DNA of 64,000 nt. It comes from Thecamonas trahens ATCC 50062. Its lineage: Eukaryota; Protista; Apusomonadida. Each line of letters starts with the position of its first letter. The stretch's first letter is position 1. The translations under genes and the position numbers were made by a program. The notes below the pieces were generated by a model that was not told where the DNA came from, made no database searches, and saw only the letters and a program-made list of their open reading frames with translations. Below are positions 20,799 to 34,627 of the stretch, piece by piece. Where the stretch lies: contig NW_013657673.1 in NCBI RefSeq assembly GCF_000142905.1, forward strand, positions 248,001 to 312,000. Direction: 5' to 3'.

Positions 20799-22638
20799 TC
20801 ATTCCTGGTCGAGCCGGCAAACGAGAGTCTGATTCGAGTCTTCCCGCCGCTCGACGCGAACGAGCTTGCGGGCGACGGCAATGTCGATGACTCGCGGACC
20901 AAGGCCCGAGAAGAATCGGCTGCCGAGTGCAGCCTTGATTTGCTGGCCGACAGAGGCCTGGAGTACAGTGCCCGAGTTGGAATTGCTCAGCATGCGCAGG
21001 AGAATGTTGACACCGTCATTGTAAACATCAGAGTCTGAAACAGCGTCGGTGAGCGAGGACTGCGACGACTCGTTGGTCGAAGACTCGGACGAAGTGCCCG
21101 GCGGCCAGACAAAAAGCTTGCACCCAACGTGGTCGCCTCGGCTGGTGTCCCGGTAGCGCGAGACGAGACCAGACTGGATGGCATCGGCAAACATGAGGTT
21201 GAGCAAGTCAGACGAAATGGGGCCGAGTGACTTGCCCACCTCGGAGAGGAGTGCTTGACCGCCGAGCTCAGCAAGAGCCGCGCAAAAGCACGAGCAGATG
21301 CAAGCTGGCGATCGGTGGCGTCTGCGACTTCCTGCATACCCTCACGAGTGAGGGCAATGGTCGTAGCCTTCCGCGAGTCGGCGCTCTCATTCAGAGCGTG
21401 ACTCCTGATGTTGGCTCGGCGGGAATTGGTGGCACTTGCAGGAGCAGAGGCAGAGGCAGAAGCAGACGTGGATGGCGGGGGGGTGCAGAATGGGAATCCA
21501 AATTGGAGCGGATCCATCCCAGACCAATGGCGCGATCGAGGACACGATGGAGGTACCACGTGTCGTCTCGCGGGAAGCGCTTGTCGAGAGCAAGCTCAAA
21601 GCTCCCACGAGAGATTCCTTCGGCTTCAGGATCAAGCTCGGAGAGGAGGGCGATGACGTCGCGTGCTGAGACGCGCCGCATCTTGGTGATGACAACAATG
21701 CCAGGGGTGCTGCTGCCGCCGCCACCAGACGACGACGATGACGCAGCAGAACGCGCCGAGATCGACTCGGACGACGTGGCGCCCGACGGCACAGTAGACG
21801 AGGTTACATGCGGCTGCGGTGCAAAGTATGCGTCGTGGTAGGGGCTGCGCGAGGTGGAGGAGTACATTTGACTCACACCGTACGCGTAGCCGGGCGAGCT
21901 CACGCCCGAATAGGTCACCGCGCCCTGGGCCTCTTCCGGCGGAGAGACCCAGACCGAGGTAAAGCCAAGGAGAGCAAGAATCAGTGCTCCGTGTGAGGTG
22001 TCATCGGTGGTGCCGCCAACCAGGACGAGCCTCGATGAAACCGGTGAAATAACGTACTGGCCAACGAGGTGTGCCAAGAGACCCGAGACGTCCAGCAGGC
22101 GCGACGACGGCGACGGCGACGCGTGTCCCGATGGCAGCGCAACCGGAGGCTGCGAGCCAAACTGAATCCATGTGAACCGGTCTGCACCCTCCAGCGGAAT
22201 GGTGACCGTCAGCGGAACACCCGGCGCGCCGAGCTGCGAGGCGTGGACCGCCGACGCGGCTGCGGCCCAAGCCGTGGCAACGGGAACTGGGCTGACAGCA
22301 AATTTGGCAGCACCGGAGCATGAACCATCCGACCAGTGCGACGGTAGCTGCGCCCGCGAGCCAACTGTCACCCCACAAAGGAGGCACACGACATGGAGTT
22401 TGGACGCAAGCGAGAGCACAAGCGACGAGAGCGGGTGGAGCGAGGAAGGCGACAGAGGAAGGCCGCACAGGGCACAGACACTTTTTTTGCAACACCATCC
22501 ACACACACCGCGACCGCACCCGTGGAGTGCCCCCGTGAGAAGCGGATGGCGGCAGTCAACACACTGAAGCTCTTCAGGTATTTCGCCTGTGTAGGAGAAC
22601 AGATGCATCACTGCTGGAGGGAACGTGGGCTCTCCCAT
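20799..22638 (-). CDS. RING/TRAF-like zinc-finger protein with C-terminal winged-helix-like repeats; frameshifts at about 21480 and 21286
   Basis: EELQCVDC...CGRGVCGWC...CALC, plus CLLC...H..C. Three similar helical units each end in A(I/V)xxxWI/LV. ORFs 21391, 20987 and 20799 join by single-base insertions in homopolymers. Confidence 0.62.
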
Positions 22639-23462
22639 TGCCCACAAGCCCTCCCCTTCGACGCCAGCTCCAGGGGGGGGGAGAGAAACGTTGCACCTTC
22701 GACGCTCTGTCCCGCCACATAGAGCAACTCCGGTGTTTCTCTTCTTGATTGATGACCGCCAATCAAGGGCCATTCGAGGAGATAGCTTCCAACACTTGTC
22801 TACCAATCGCAACACCTGTTCCATACGCCTACTCCTGCCACATATGCAAGAAATGTCACATCATCGCAACTGCGGTTGAGTGTTTCGCGCTGTGCGGCAG
22901 CAAGCAGTTGTGAACGGCAGGATGGTGTCAAGCCTGGCATGTAATAGCTAGTGTTGACAGGTAACGTGCCAATGTGTCGAGATCCCGGACTTGGAGATGG
23001 CTATAACTGCTTCGACAGGTGGCTCCGCCTGACAGGTCAGCGCGCGGGAGCGACGGCAGGCGGCAAGTGGAGACCATTGGTGGGCTGTTTCAGTGGGCAT
23101 CCTCCGTCAATGCCCTCTCCCATCAACTCTGAGAAGCAAGTCGTTTCCGTTGCAGACTCAAAAGACAGCTTTAAATAAGCAAACGTACGAGGGCTGATTA
23201 TTCGCGTGCCTTACACTACCGACGACTGGACTTCCCTGGTTTGTGGCGCAACGCCGAGCCACGTGCCACATCGCACCACGTGCATTCATGGAGAGCGTGC
23301 GCATAAAGCGCTTGAAGTGCGGGACAGGGACTATGTCCTCGAGCTGCTGCCAAATGCGAGTCGTTTCCAGCTAACAGCGCAAAAGAGCTCATTGGCAGCG
23401 CTGACAGCGCAGAGTCATCGCCCGCCTCTAGCTCCACACATACAAGGACCGCCTCAGGCTGT

Positions 23463-25626
23463 TCAATACATCTGCATACGCGTCGGACCGTCGTCGTCAT
23501 CAGACGAGTCGTCGTCATCGGACGAATCGCCGCCGACGACGGTGGTCGGCCGAAAGTCGGTGGCAAAGTTGTAGTTGGCATTGCCGTCGTCGTCGTCGTC
23601 GGACGAAGCCTCGGCATCGGACGCGTTCTCGTCGGCAAAGCGGAAGGAGAACGACGAGGACGGGCCGGCCGGCGCGGCGTCGTCGCCAGCCGAGTCCGAG
23701 TCCGAGCCTGAAGCCGGCGCCGAGGTGATAAAGCCCTTGGCCTTTTTGTTCTTCTTCATCGTCGCGGCACGCGCCTGGTTGACCTTGAGGTTGGCACGGG
23801 CGGCCATGAACGCCATGTCTTCGTCCGACTCGAGGCCCGAGTCCGAGTCCTCAGCGGCGGCGCGGGCGGCGGCAGCAGCGGCCTTGCGCTCGCGGCGGAG
23901 AAGCTCCTTGGTGTCGACGCCGATGCGCGAGCCAGTGCCCTCTTCGCCCTCGATGACCATGGCGCCGTCGTCGTCGCCGTAGGCCGCGAGCCAGGCTGCG
24001 TCGCCGCCGACCGGCGCCGAGGCGTTGACGACGGCAAAGCGCGACGAGGTGTCCATCGGCTGGGCTGCAGCCTCAAGGAGTGCCGACTGGCCGGCGCCAA
24101 ACGCCTCGTCGAGGTTGAACTCGTCGTTGTAGCTGGACACAATCTGCGCCGAGACCTGCGAGGTCTTGGCGATCGAGTCGCTCGGCGGCAGGGTGTAGTA
24201 CGGGATGCCACCCGAGATCCAGTCTTTGAGCACGAGGGTGGCTGCGGCAATGCGGTTGGGAATGCCCTTGCGGGCAATGAGGTTGTGCTTCTCAGCAATG
24301 TGGACCAGAAAGTCGTCGACGTCTGCAAAGACAGGCACCTTGTACGTGTACATGAGGTGCTCCGGTGAGACCCGGGTCATGATGGCCTCGACGCACCCGA
24401 TCGGATCGTCGACCTGCTGAAGGTTGATCGCGTTCTGCAGGATGAGCTCGTCCTCGGACGACGCCGAGAACACAATGCCGGGGCAGTCGATGAGCTTGAT
24501 GTTGCGGTCGAGGTTGATGAGCTGCGTCGCACGGGTCACGCCCGCCGACGACCCAGCCTTGCACACCTTGGACCGCTTGAGCGAGTTGATCACCGACGAC
24601 TTGCCCACGTTGGGGTAGCCCATGACTCCGACCGTGATCGCCGTCTTGATCTCGCCCGAACGCGAGTAGTTCTTGAGGAGCGAGACAAGCGCATCGGCGC
24701 CGAGCGACTCGGTCGTCTTCATCATCTTGGTTGATGCCTTGGTCGCCTTCACCTTGCCGCGCGCCAGGTTGTTCTTCTGCGACTTGGTCGTCGCCTTGAA
24801 CAAGATAGTCGGGAACCGCGACTTGAGGAACGACGCCCACTGCGCCACAACCTCCTTGGGCACAAGATCGATCTTGTTCAGCACGTACACAATCCGCTTG
24901 TTCGGGTGGTTTCGCATCACGTAGTCCTCCACAGACAGACACTGGCACCCGAGCGGGTCGCGTGCGTCCAGCACCTCCAGCAGCACATCCGCCTCCTCCA
25001 CAACCTTGCGGAAGTCACGGTAGAACGCCCGCCGCGACGAGTCGGTCATCTTGCCGCCACGTGCCTCCATCGCCTTGCGCTCCGCCTGCGCAACCTTGAA
25101 TGCAGAGTTGTCCTGCTGCGCCTTGCGCATAAACGCCGCCATCTCCGAAGCACCCTCGGGCGCCATCTCGATTCCTGCCGCTGCCGCTGCCCGCCGCTTT
25201 GCCTTCAGCTCCTTCCGCCGCCGCTTCTGCTCCGCCGCCTCGGCCTTCTTGCGCTCAGCCTGGTCCTTGGCCCGCAGCATCAGCTGCTCCTTGAACGGCC
25301 ACAGGTTCGGAACTCCCGCTACTCCCCATCGCACCCATCATGTCCATCACGCCCATCACGCCCGCAAAATTTACACGAACCCCATGCCTCGCGTGAGTCA
25401 CATCTGCCCACCCCTACGCCCACCCATACGCCATCCTTGGCCATCTCACCAAATCCATCCCCTCCCATCCCCCCCCCCTCCACGTACGGTCCTTCTTGGA
25501 CTTGCGCGGGCCCTGCCCGGCACGAGCCAACTTCTTCATCTTCTTATGGTGCTGCCTCACCTTGCGCTCAACCTTGTACTTCGTCTTGAGCGACACACGC
25601 TTCGACTTGCGCTTCTTGGCCACCAT
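23463..25626 (-). CDS. GNL3: Nucleostemin/GNL3-family nucleolar GTPase (Nug1/Grn1); intron 25319-25487
   Basis: N-terminal KKRKSKRVSLK...DPGVPNLWPFK formed across the splice. Circularly permuted GTPase motifs DARDP, NKIDL, GYPNVGKSS, DCPG. Confidence 0.93.
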
Positions 25627-25980
25627 CTTTGACTGGCGCCGAGAGGGGTGAACCACCAGCGCCAGCCCAAGGCGTCAAACAACGACTGCCACAGCTGAAA
25701 GCTGGCACTGGTGCCACAGCTGGCAGCATTTGCTGCCACGACGCAGCACGACCCCGACTCACACCACACACACACACACGAGCAGACACACAACCACACA
25801 TCTCACATACAACCACATACTCACACACTCTCTCTCACTCTCTCTCTCTCTTCCATCACCACCACCACTCCCCCCACATACACACTCTCTCTCCCCACTA
25901 CCCCAACCCCCCCCCCCAACCCCCCCTCCCCCGCAACAACACGAGGAAAAAGGGGGCCACCTCCCACCGCCAACGCTACC

Positions 25981-28038
25981 ATGACCGACGCAGAACTTGC
26001 AACGCTCGAGACAGGCCCGGCGAGTGAGGAGCAGCTGCAACAACTGGAAGGAGTGCTGCAAAGGGAGTTTGTGGCTACGGACCAGGCGCTGCGGGCGCTG
26101 GGCGTGTGGAGCAAGCGCGTAGTGGCGGCTGTCGAAGCCAAGGACAACCAGACCCTGCTCAGGCTGCTCGCCGCTGTCGAGGCCTTTGACATGACCGTCG
26201 AGGTGCTGCGAAGCAAGGAGCTCTCAATTGGGCGCAAGGTCAACGCACTAGGCAAGGATGCCAGTCTCTCGCTCTCGGTGCGGACCCGTGCCCGCCGGGT
26301 GGTCAAGCAGTGGAAGGCCGTCGTCCCGTCGCGGAAGCGAAAGCTTGGTGCAGACGCCGGCGCGCCACGAGCCCTGGCCGCGAGCGCGCCGGCTGCCGTC
26401 ACTGACGACGGCGCCGCAAGTATGCCGCCGCCGGCCAAGCGCGCCCGCACGCTGGCCTCGCACTCGTCTCTCTCTCCCCACACTGTCATGCAGACTGAAT
26501 CGTCAGCGAGCGCTGTGCCCCATTCCCACACCTCCCCCACTGCCGACGACAGGCTAGTCCCACCGGGCAAGGCAGCCGAGTCTGGCCGCAAAGTCACCGC
26601 CGTCATCGACGACGACATTGTCGACAACTCGGCTGTCGCCCGGCTGCGCAGGCGCGGCAAGCGTCGCGAGGGCATCGTCTCCACAGACCAGATCCGCCAG
26701 CGGCGCGAGCGCGAAAAGGCGCTCGAAGAGCTAAAGCGGCGCAATGATCCCGACGTGGCCAAGCTCGTCGTTGTCGACCCGACCGACCCGTCCAAGCCGC
26801 CGAGCATGCTCCTGCCCGGCGTCGAGTACACCCCGTCGTCCGGCAAGTCAAAGTCGCTGCTCAAGGACAATGCCAAGTTTATGAAAGTCAAGCGCAAGGT
26901 CTCGTGGATTGACGAGGCTTCCAACGAGAGCATCCCGCTTGTCGCCGTACGCGAGATCGAGCCGCGGCCAAACCGCCGCCCCAAGACCGGCGCCTTTCAG
27001 TCAGCCCGTGAGCTCGAGCTCGAGGCCGAGCGCCGCGTCTTTGAGGCCGCCCGTGAGCGCAAGCTTCGTCAAGCCGAATTTGCTGAGGCTGCAGTGGACA
27101 AGCCCTGGCGCCGCCCGCCGCTTGTTGCCCGCCCGGCCAACGTGCCGACGCCCAAGGGACCTACCGTGTCCAAGGCGCGCGAGATCGAGCTCGAGCGCGA
27201 GGAAAATGAGTTCCCCGCAAGCTACCTCCGCGACGATCTCATCCCGCCGTCGCCTGAAGAGCCAGTCCTGCCCGCCGACTGTGGTGAGTTGAACGACGCC
27301 TCCACCACCATCATCCCGCTAGTCCCCGGCGACGCTCAAGGCAAGGTCTGCATGGTGGATCCCTTCGACGAGTCGACCCGCATCGCCCCAGAGCCCGAGC
27401 CTGTGCCCGAGCCCCCCGTGCCCTCGGCGCCTCACACCCCAACCCCGGTCCTCGCCGGCGTCACCCTCCCACCCGAGCTTGCCTCTCTCCAGAACAACCC
27501 CGAGTTCATTGCCCTTGTCCAGAGCCAGCCCGACATCATTGCCTCGATCCTCTCTTCTCCCGAGTCGCTGCAGCAGATCTTGGCCGCCCTGCCCGGCGCC
27601 GGCGCTGCCCCGCCGCCCGCTCCGCCGCAGTCTGCCGGCAAATCCAAGCTCGATGCCTTTATGCGCAAGTCAAAGCCCGCCCCGCCCGGCCCGCTCCCGC
27701 CGACCCGTGGCCCGCCCGGCGTCGGCCCGCCGCCCGGCCCGCTCCCGCCCCCGCCCAGCCACGGCTGGATCCCGCCGCGTCATGGCCCGCCACCGGGCCC
27801 GCCGCCGTTCTACGCAGGCCCGCTCCCACCTCCCGGCCTCCTCCCGCCGCCCGGCTCGCATCCGCCGCCCGGACCCTGGCCGCCGGTTCAGCAGCAGCAG
27901 CAGCTGCCGCAGCAGCAGCAGCCACGGGGCCATCTCCCGCCTCCACCCAGCCACCTCCCGCCGGGCCAGCCGTGGGCACCACCATCGCGCATGCACCCGC
28001 ATCGCGCCGCAAGGGGCCGTGGCCGCGGCAGATGGTAG
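25981..28038 (+). CDS. PPP1R10: PNUTS/PPP1R10-like PP1 regulatory subunit
   Basis: N-terminal TFIIS-N-like domain (MTVEVLRS..IGRKVNAL..ARRVVKQWK); PP1-docking KRKVSW; PWRRP; Y..DDLIPPSPEEP; Pro/Gly-rich tail. Confidence 0.78.
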   Translation: MTDAELATLETGPASEEQLQQLEGVLQREFVATDQALRALGVWSKRVVAAVEAKDNQTLLRLLAAVEAFDMTVEVLRSKELSIGRKVNALGKDASLSLSVRTRARRVVKQWKAVVPSRKRKLGADAGAPRALAASAPAAVTDDGAASMPPPAKRARTLASHSSLSPHTVMQTESSASAVPHSHTSPTADDRLVPPGKAAESGRKVTAVIDDDIVDNSAVARLRRRGKRREGIVSTDQIRQRREREKALEELKRRNDPDVAKLVVVDPTDPSKPPSMLLPGVEYTPSSGKSKSLLKDNAKFMKVKRKVSWIDEASNESIPLVAVREIEPRPNRRPKTGAFQSARELELEAERRVFEAARERKLRQAEFAEAAVDKPWRRPPLVARPANVPTPKGPTVSKAREIELEREENEFPASYLRDDLIPPSPEEPVLPADCGELNDASTTIIPLVPGDAQGKVCMVDPFDESTRIAPEPEPVPEPPVPSAPHTPTPVLAGVTLPPELASLQNNPEFIALVQSQPDIIASILSSPESLQQILAALPGAGAAPPPAPPQSAGKSKLDAFMRKSKPAPPGPLPPTRGPPGVGPPPGPLPPPPSHGWIPPRHGPPPGPPPFYAGPLPPPGLLPPPGSHPPPGPWPPVQQQQQLPQQQQPRGHLPPPPSHLPPGQPWAPPSRMHPHRAARGRGRGRW

Positions 28039-28251
28039 CTCTCTGCATAAAGACGCACATCTCCGCTCTGGTGTTGTCCGTTCGTCTGTGAGCGCCTGTG
28101 TGGGCCGGGCCTCCTGATGAGACTTAAACGACTCATCCATCTCATCGCGCCAAATAGCCCCTACATGTTTGCCTCACACACACCCCTAAGTCTCTCGCAC
28201 TCGCACAACTCTTCTCTCTCTCGTTTGCTCGCTTGCTCACTGTCGCTGTCG

Positions 28252-30260
28252 ATGACTGACGAGGTTGGTGACGTCGGCCCGGCGGAGAACCGGGTGGAGG
28301 CGCTCAACACGGCCGGAGACGGCGGAGAAGGCGGAGAAGGCGACGGTGAATCGCTCTTCTCATGTGCAGGCGTTCTCCGCATGATTGTCATCTACTTTAT
28401 TGTGACCTCTGTCCTCCAGATGGTAACCCAGTCGCTCGCCCCGCCGCCGCCGCCGCTCGCCCTCGATGGGATCCCTTCCACCGACGCCGAGCTCCGACTG
28501 CCGGCGGTCCCGCTGCACAACGCCTGGGCCGATGGCACGGCATACGTACGTAGCACACATGCTGAAGCCAAAGAGGGAAGGAGAGAGGGGGGAGGGGAGG
28601 GGGGGGGGGACTCACATGGCAATCATGACCGGTGCGGGCGGTTGGGTCGGACAATAGGAGGTCATGGTCTTTGTCGCAAGCTTTGGAGATCCGTATCCGG
28701 GCGATGGCGGGCGAGTGGCGGAGATGGTGACCAAGGAACAGCATCTGGACGAGCTGGTGTGTAGCACAAAGGAGCAATGCCATGGCGTGGCGGGCTTGGT
28801 GTGGCGGGCGAGTGGTCTGGAGTACTCGTTTGATGCGGGCAACGAGCGCAAGGCCAACGTGACGCTGGCGCTGGGCGCCGAGTGGCGGGTGGCCAACACC
28901 ACGGCCTTTGCGCACATCTTTGCAGTCAAGGCTGGAAGCGGCGTGGATGCAAAAGCGCTGCAGGATGGCGATGCGATCCAGGTCGTCTACCCGCTGGTCA
29001 CCCACAAGCCACCGCCCAAGATCGACGACAAGGTCTCGCTGCTGGCCGGCGGCGGAGACGAGTTCGGAGCTGAAGAAGTGGAGGCCGCGCGCGAGAGCGG
29101 GGCGGATGAACTCGCGTGGGTTCCTTACTGGTCGCCGCAGCTCCCAATCAACGTGGTTGTGGACCACACGGTGTACGGCTCGCTAGCAGCCGTGCCCGAG
29201 CCACTGCGGGTCAAGCTGCAAACGGTGCGCAACGACGAGGCGTACCTTCCTGCGGTTTTTGTCAACACCTTTTGGGTCCTCGACTCGTCGCGAGTGGTGA
29301 TCAACGAGAGCGTGGACGCAGTCCAGCTCGAGATGTCCGTCGGCCCGCTCTCGCTCATGTGGTGGCTCCTGGGTAGCCAGATGGAGGAGTCGCTGGCGAC
29401 GCAAAGTGCGCTGACCGGCGGCAGCTCGGCCGATGGCGACATGTTCAAGCGGATTGTGCTCGAGACGAATCCTTGGCTCTTGGCCACGACTGGTGTGGTC
29501 ACCATCCTGCACATGCTCTTTGACTTTCTAGCCTTCAAGAATGACATCCAGCACTGGCGTGCCAAAAAGTCGATGCGTGGCCTCTCGGTCAAGTCGATCG
29601 GCATCTCGCTTGTGTTCCAGATTGTAATTCTGCTGTATCTGCTCGAGAACGACACGACGTGGATGATCCTCATCTCGATGGCTATGGGCATTGCCATCGA
29701 GGCGTGGAAGCTGCAAAAGGCGCTGGTCTTCTCATGGGAGCCGTCGCGGCCTTGGATCCCGCTCCGTGTGACGGGCAAGGCGTCGTACGAGTCAGAGACC
29801 AAAAGTACGACGATCTTGCCTTTGGCTACATGGCGTACCTGCTGTACCCGGGCGTGATCGGCTTTGCGGTTTACTCGCTCATCTACAAGACGCATCGGAG
29901 CTGGTACGCATTTGTGCTCGGCACCGCAGTCTCGTTTGTCTACATGTCTGGCTTTATTTTATGTGGCCGACAGTGTTCATCAACTACAAGCTCAAGTCGG
30001 TGGCGCACCTGCCGTTCCGCAAGTTCATGTACAAGGCGTTTTCGACGGTCATCGACGACCTGTACGCCTTTGTCGTCCCCATGCCGGGCATGCACCGGCT
30101 GGCGTGCTTCCGCGACGACCTCATCTTTGTCATTCTCATGGTCCAGCGGTGGATGTACCCGGTTGACCACAACAGACACTTTGACGAGGATCTCGGTGAT
30201 GCGGCCGATGCCGCCGACGATGCCGCTCCCGCGCCCGACGCCAAGACCAAGGTCGAGTAA
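28252..30260 (+). CDS. CLPTM1: CLPTM1-family membrane protein; intron 28546-28657; frameshifts at about 29802 and 29958
   Basis: ETNPWLL, FDFLAFKNDI, FINYKLKSVAHLP, IDDLYAF..MP.MHRLACFRDD, QRWMYPVD. Confidence 0.93.
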
Positions 30261-30281
30261 GGCTGGCCTCTAGCCTTCCAC

Positions 30282-30890
30282 TTAGTGCCGCACAGTCGCC
30301 GAGGCAGCTTGCTCGAGGAGCTTGAGCAAGGCATCCTCGGTGGCGGCACGCTCGGCGCGCTCAGCGTCCAGCTGATTCTGTAGCCGCGAGACGAGGTCGT
30401 CGGTCATACGGAGGAGAGATGCCTCGGACTCTTCGCGGGCACGGCGCTCCTCAGCGATCGCGTCCTCCAAACTTGCAATGCGTGCCGAGGCAGCGGCAGC
30501 AAGGGCGTCGGCCTCGCGAGCCCGATCAGCCTTTTCAGTCTCCAGCGCCGCCGCAAGGCGGGCGACCTCGTCGGCAGCCTGAGCTTCGGCCCGCGAAGCC
30601 GCCAACGAGACCGCGACCATGGCAGCCTCGATCTGCGACGAGATAAACGCCTCCTTGTCCGCGATGGCCGCCAGCAGAGCCTCAGTCCCCTCAAGGTACA
30701 TTTGCTTGTCACGGGCTGCCGCCAGCGTCAGTGCATTCTCGACCAGCTGAACCTCGGTAGCCTTGCGAGCCTCGAGCGCCTTGAGCGCCAACCTCTGCGC
30801 CGCCACCTCTTCATACAGCTGATGCAGCGCCTCCTTCATCGCCCCGTACTCGCACTGCTCACCAGCATCATCCACCGCTGTCACCTGACC

Positions 30891-30929
<39 letters not shown>

Positions 30930-31019
30930 ACTCCCTTGCGGCCTCGCCGTACGCGGGAACGGGTTGCCCGCCACCGTCTGTCGCACCTGCTGGCCATGGA
31001 TCCGGTGCGGGGAAGCCAT
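30282..31019 (-). CDS. SF-assemblin/beta-giardin-like coiled-coil protein
   Basis: 245 aa: short non-helical head, then coiled coil ending IAEERRAREESE...ERAERAATEDALLKLLEQA, like the SF-assemblin C-terminus. Confidence 0.68.
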
Positions 31020-31452
31020 GTTTGTGTCGAGTGTGAAAAAGGTGAGCGAGTGGTGGGTATGAAGAAGGTAGGTAGTGGTGGTTGGTGGTAGGTATGATGG
31101 TGGGTGTGGTGGATGTGGTGGTCGGGTGTGGGCTGTGTTGCCTGAGGCAATACGCTGGTCACGCCGCTCCCCATTGGCGCGCGAATGGCAAATGGCTGTC
31201 CGTCTCAGCTGGTGGTGGCGAACGAGTTGGCGCCAAACGGAGGAAGTGAGGGGGGGGGAGGGGGGGGGGAGGGGGACTGAGGCTGTTGGGTGGCATGGCA
31301 CCGAACGAGGAGCCACAGCAAAGAGGGACGCATACACCCACACGCAGGCATACACAAACATATACACACACATCTACACACACATAGAGAGATAGAGAGA
31401 AACATATACCCCCTCTTACGCTCCTCCTTTACACACTTTGCTGCTTGCTGTC

Positions 31453-33129
31453 ATGCCTCACTCGAGTGGTCCGGGTAGCGCGGGCGGTGCTGGCGGCGCC
31501 GGCGGAGAGGAGGCAGACAACCAGCTGCCGGGACTGCCTCTGGTGCTGGACATGCAGATGGCAAGGCTGTCGCCAAAGCGACAGTCGTCTGCTGGACGGC
31601 GGCGAGTGTCGCCGGCTGGACGGCGGCAGAGGGCGTCGCCTGTGGCAAGTGGGCCAGGCGCAACGACTGGCGCAGGTAGTGTGCTCGGCGAGCCGGTCCC
31701 GATCTTTGCCCCACCGACGGTGCCCAAGTGGGTCGAGGCTGCACGGGGCAGCGGCGAAGGCCAGACTGGTGACAACGGGGCCGATGCTGGCGGACCAAGC
31801 CTCACTATCGCCCGCACCTGGCTGATGGAGCACGCCCGGCTGCTCGAGTCCAAGGCCAAGCTCGAGCGGCGGGTGGAGGAGATGGTCGAGTCATCGCACG
31901 ACGGAGACGCACTGCTCGCCGAGATTCGGACCCTAACCGACCGAGTCATCTCGCTTGAGACGGCCAACCTGGAGCTCCGGGTCCGCTCCAAGCGGCTGAA
32001 CGAGGCCGAAGAGCTTGCCGCCCGCGCCCAGGCCGAGCGCGAGGAGATCCGCCGCATTCACGGCGAGCTATCGCAGCAGATGGACCAGCTCTCGGCCCGT
32101 AACGAGGCCGTTGTCTCGGCGTTCAAGGTTGTCCTTGATCGCGAAAAGGCCGGCCTGGTGTCGCTGGAAGAAACCACAACTGAACTCGAAACGGTCCGCA
32201 ACGAGTTCCAGGCGGCCCAGGTGGAGATCGGCGAGCTCGAAGCCGACCTGGCCGATGCCAAGGCGCTTGTTGACACCATTCCACAGCTCAAGACAAAGCT
32301 TGCCGAGGCTCGCCACGAGCTGGACGCTGTCACCGCCCAGCGCGACCGCGCCACTTCCCGCTTTGCTGCCATCCGCAAAGACCACGAGGCGCTTCGTGAG
32401 CAGCACTCGGAACTCCACGCCTCGCACAGCACACTCAAGACCGAGGCTGCAACGACAATGACTGAGCTGCGGAAACTCAAGCACTCGCTCTGGTCGCGCG
32501 ATGTCGAGTACCGCGAGCTCAAGCGGTCGCTACGGGCCGCCCGCGAAGATGCCGCCGCCGCCCGCAAGTCGGCTGCCGCCGCCGCAAAGAAGCACAAGGC
32601 CGCGTTCAAGGACGCAACACGATACTCGGAGGAGGAGATGGCGGCGACGCGGACCATGCTTGACGACGCGCGCGCCAAGCTTGTCACCGCAACAACCAAC
32701 ACCAAGGCCATGCACGCGCTACTTGCCCCGCTGGTGGACGCGGTGCTCGACGAGGTTGATGCTGGCGGCGCTGTGCCGCCGGCAGTGGCTGACCTCGCCG
32801 AGGCTGCACACTCCTCTCTTGTCCGCTACGCCGACGGCGAGTGGGTCTCCGCCTCAGACTCGGACTCGGACGACGGGTTTGGTGCAGCTGTCGTCGGCCC
32901 GGGCTCGTTTACCCAGTCGTCGGTCGACGGCTACATCTCGCGCAACCCTTACGGCTCGCCGTCGCCCAAGGCCCGATCGCCCGTCCGCCGCCTCCCGCTC
33001 CGGCCCGTCGCCTCCTCGCCGGTCTTTGTCCCGTCCAACACCTCAAATCCCAAGTGTCGCCAGCGCAACTTTCTCCCGCATCGCGCCGTCCACTCGCAAC
33101 ATCCCTCAACCCTAGGCGGGAGTAGGTAA
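31453..33129 (+). CDS. Long coiled-coil protein of unknown family
   Basis: 558-aa ORF with an extended E/A/L/R heptad region. Confidence 0.75.
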   Translation: MPHSSGPGSAGGAGGAGGEEADNQLPGLPLVLDMQMARLSPKRQSSAGRRRVSPAGRRQRASPVASGPGATTGAGSVLGEPVPIFAPPTVPKWVEAARGSGEGQTGDNGADAGGPSLTIARTWLMEHARLLESKAKLERRVEEMVESSHDGDALLAEIRTLTDRVISLETANLELRVRSKRLNEAEELAARAQAEREEIRRIHGELSQQMDQLSARNEAVVSAFKVVLDREKAGLVSLEETTTELETVRNEFQAAQVEIGELEADLADAKALVDTIPQLKTKLAEARHELDAVTAQRDRATSRFAAIRKDHEALREQHSELHASHSTLKTEAATTMTELRKLKHSLWSRDVEYRELKRSLRAAREDAAAARKSAAAAAKKHKAAFKDATRYSEEEMAATRTMLDDARAKLVTATTNTKAMHALLAPLVDAVLDEVDAGGAVPPAVADLAEAAHSSLVRYADGEWVSASDSDSDDGFGAAVVGPGSFTQSSVDGYISRNPYGSPSPKARSPVRRLPLRPVASSPVFVPSNTSNPKCRQRNFLPHRAVHSQHPSTLGGSR

Positions 33130-33201
33130 GGGACAAGGCTGATCTCAGCCCGCCACGAGATAGATCCATCACCAACCACAACGACGCACAGCACATCGTA
33201 G

Positions 33202-34562
<1,361 letters not shown>

Positions 34563-34627
34563 TGGCGGCGCGACGAGTGCGAGCGTGGGGAAGAGAGGTC
34601 GGCAGGCAGAAGGGAGGGATCCAGTGT

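Noticed and set aside
22830-23460. Possible ncRNA or small gene in the longer intergenic gap
   Set aside because: No tRNA, snRNA or snoRNA hallmark and no convincing ORF visible by eye; an Rfam scan would be needed.
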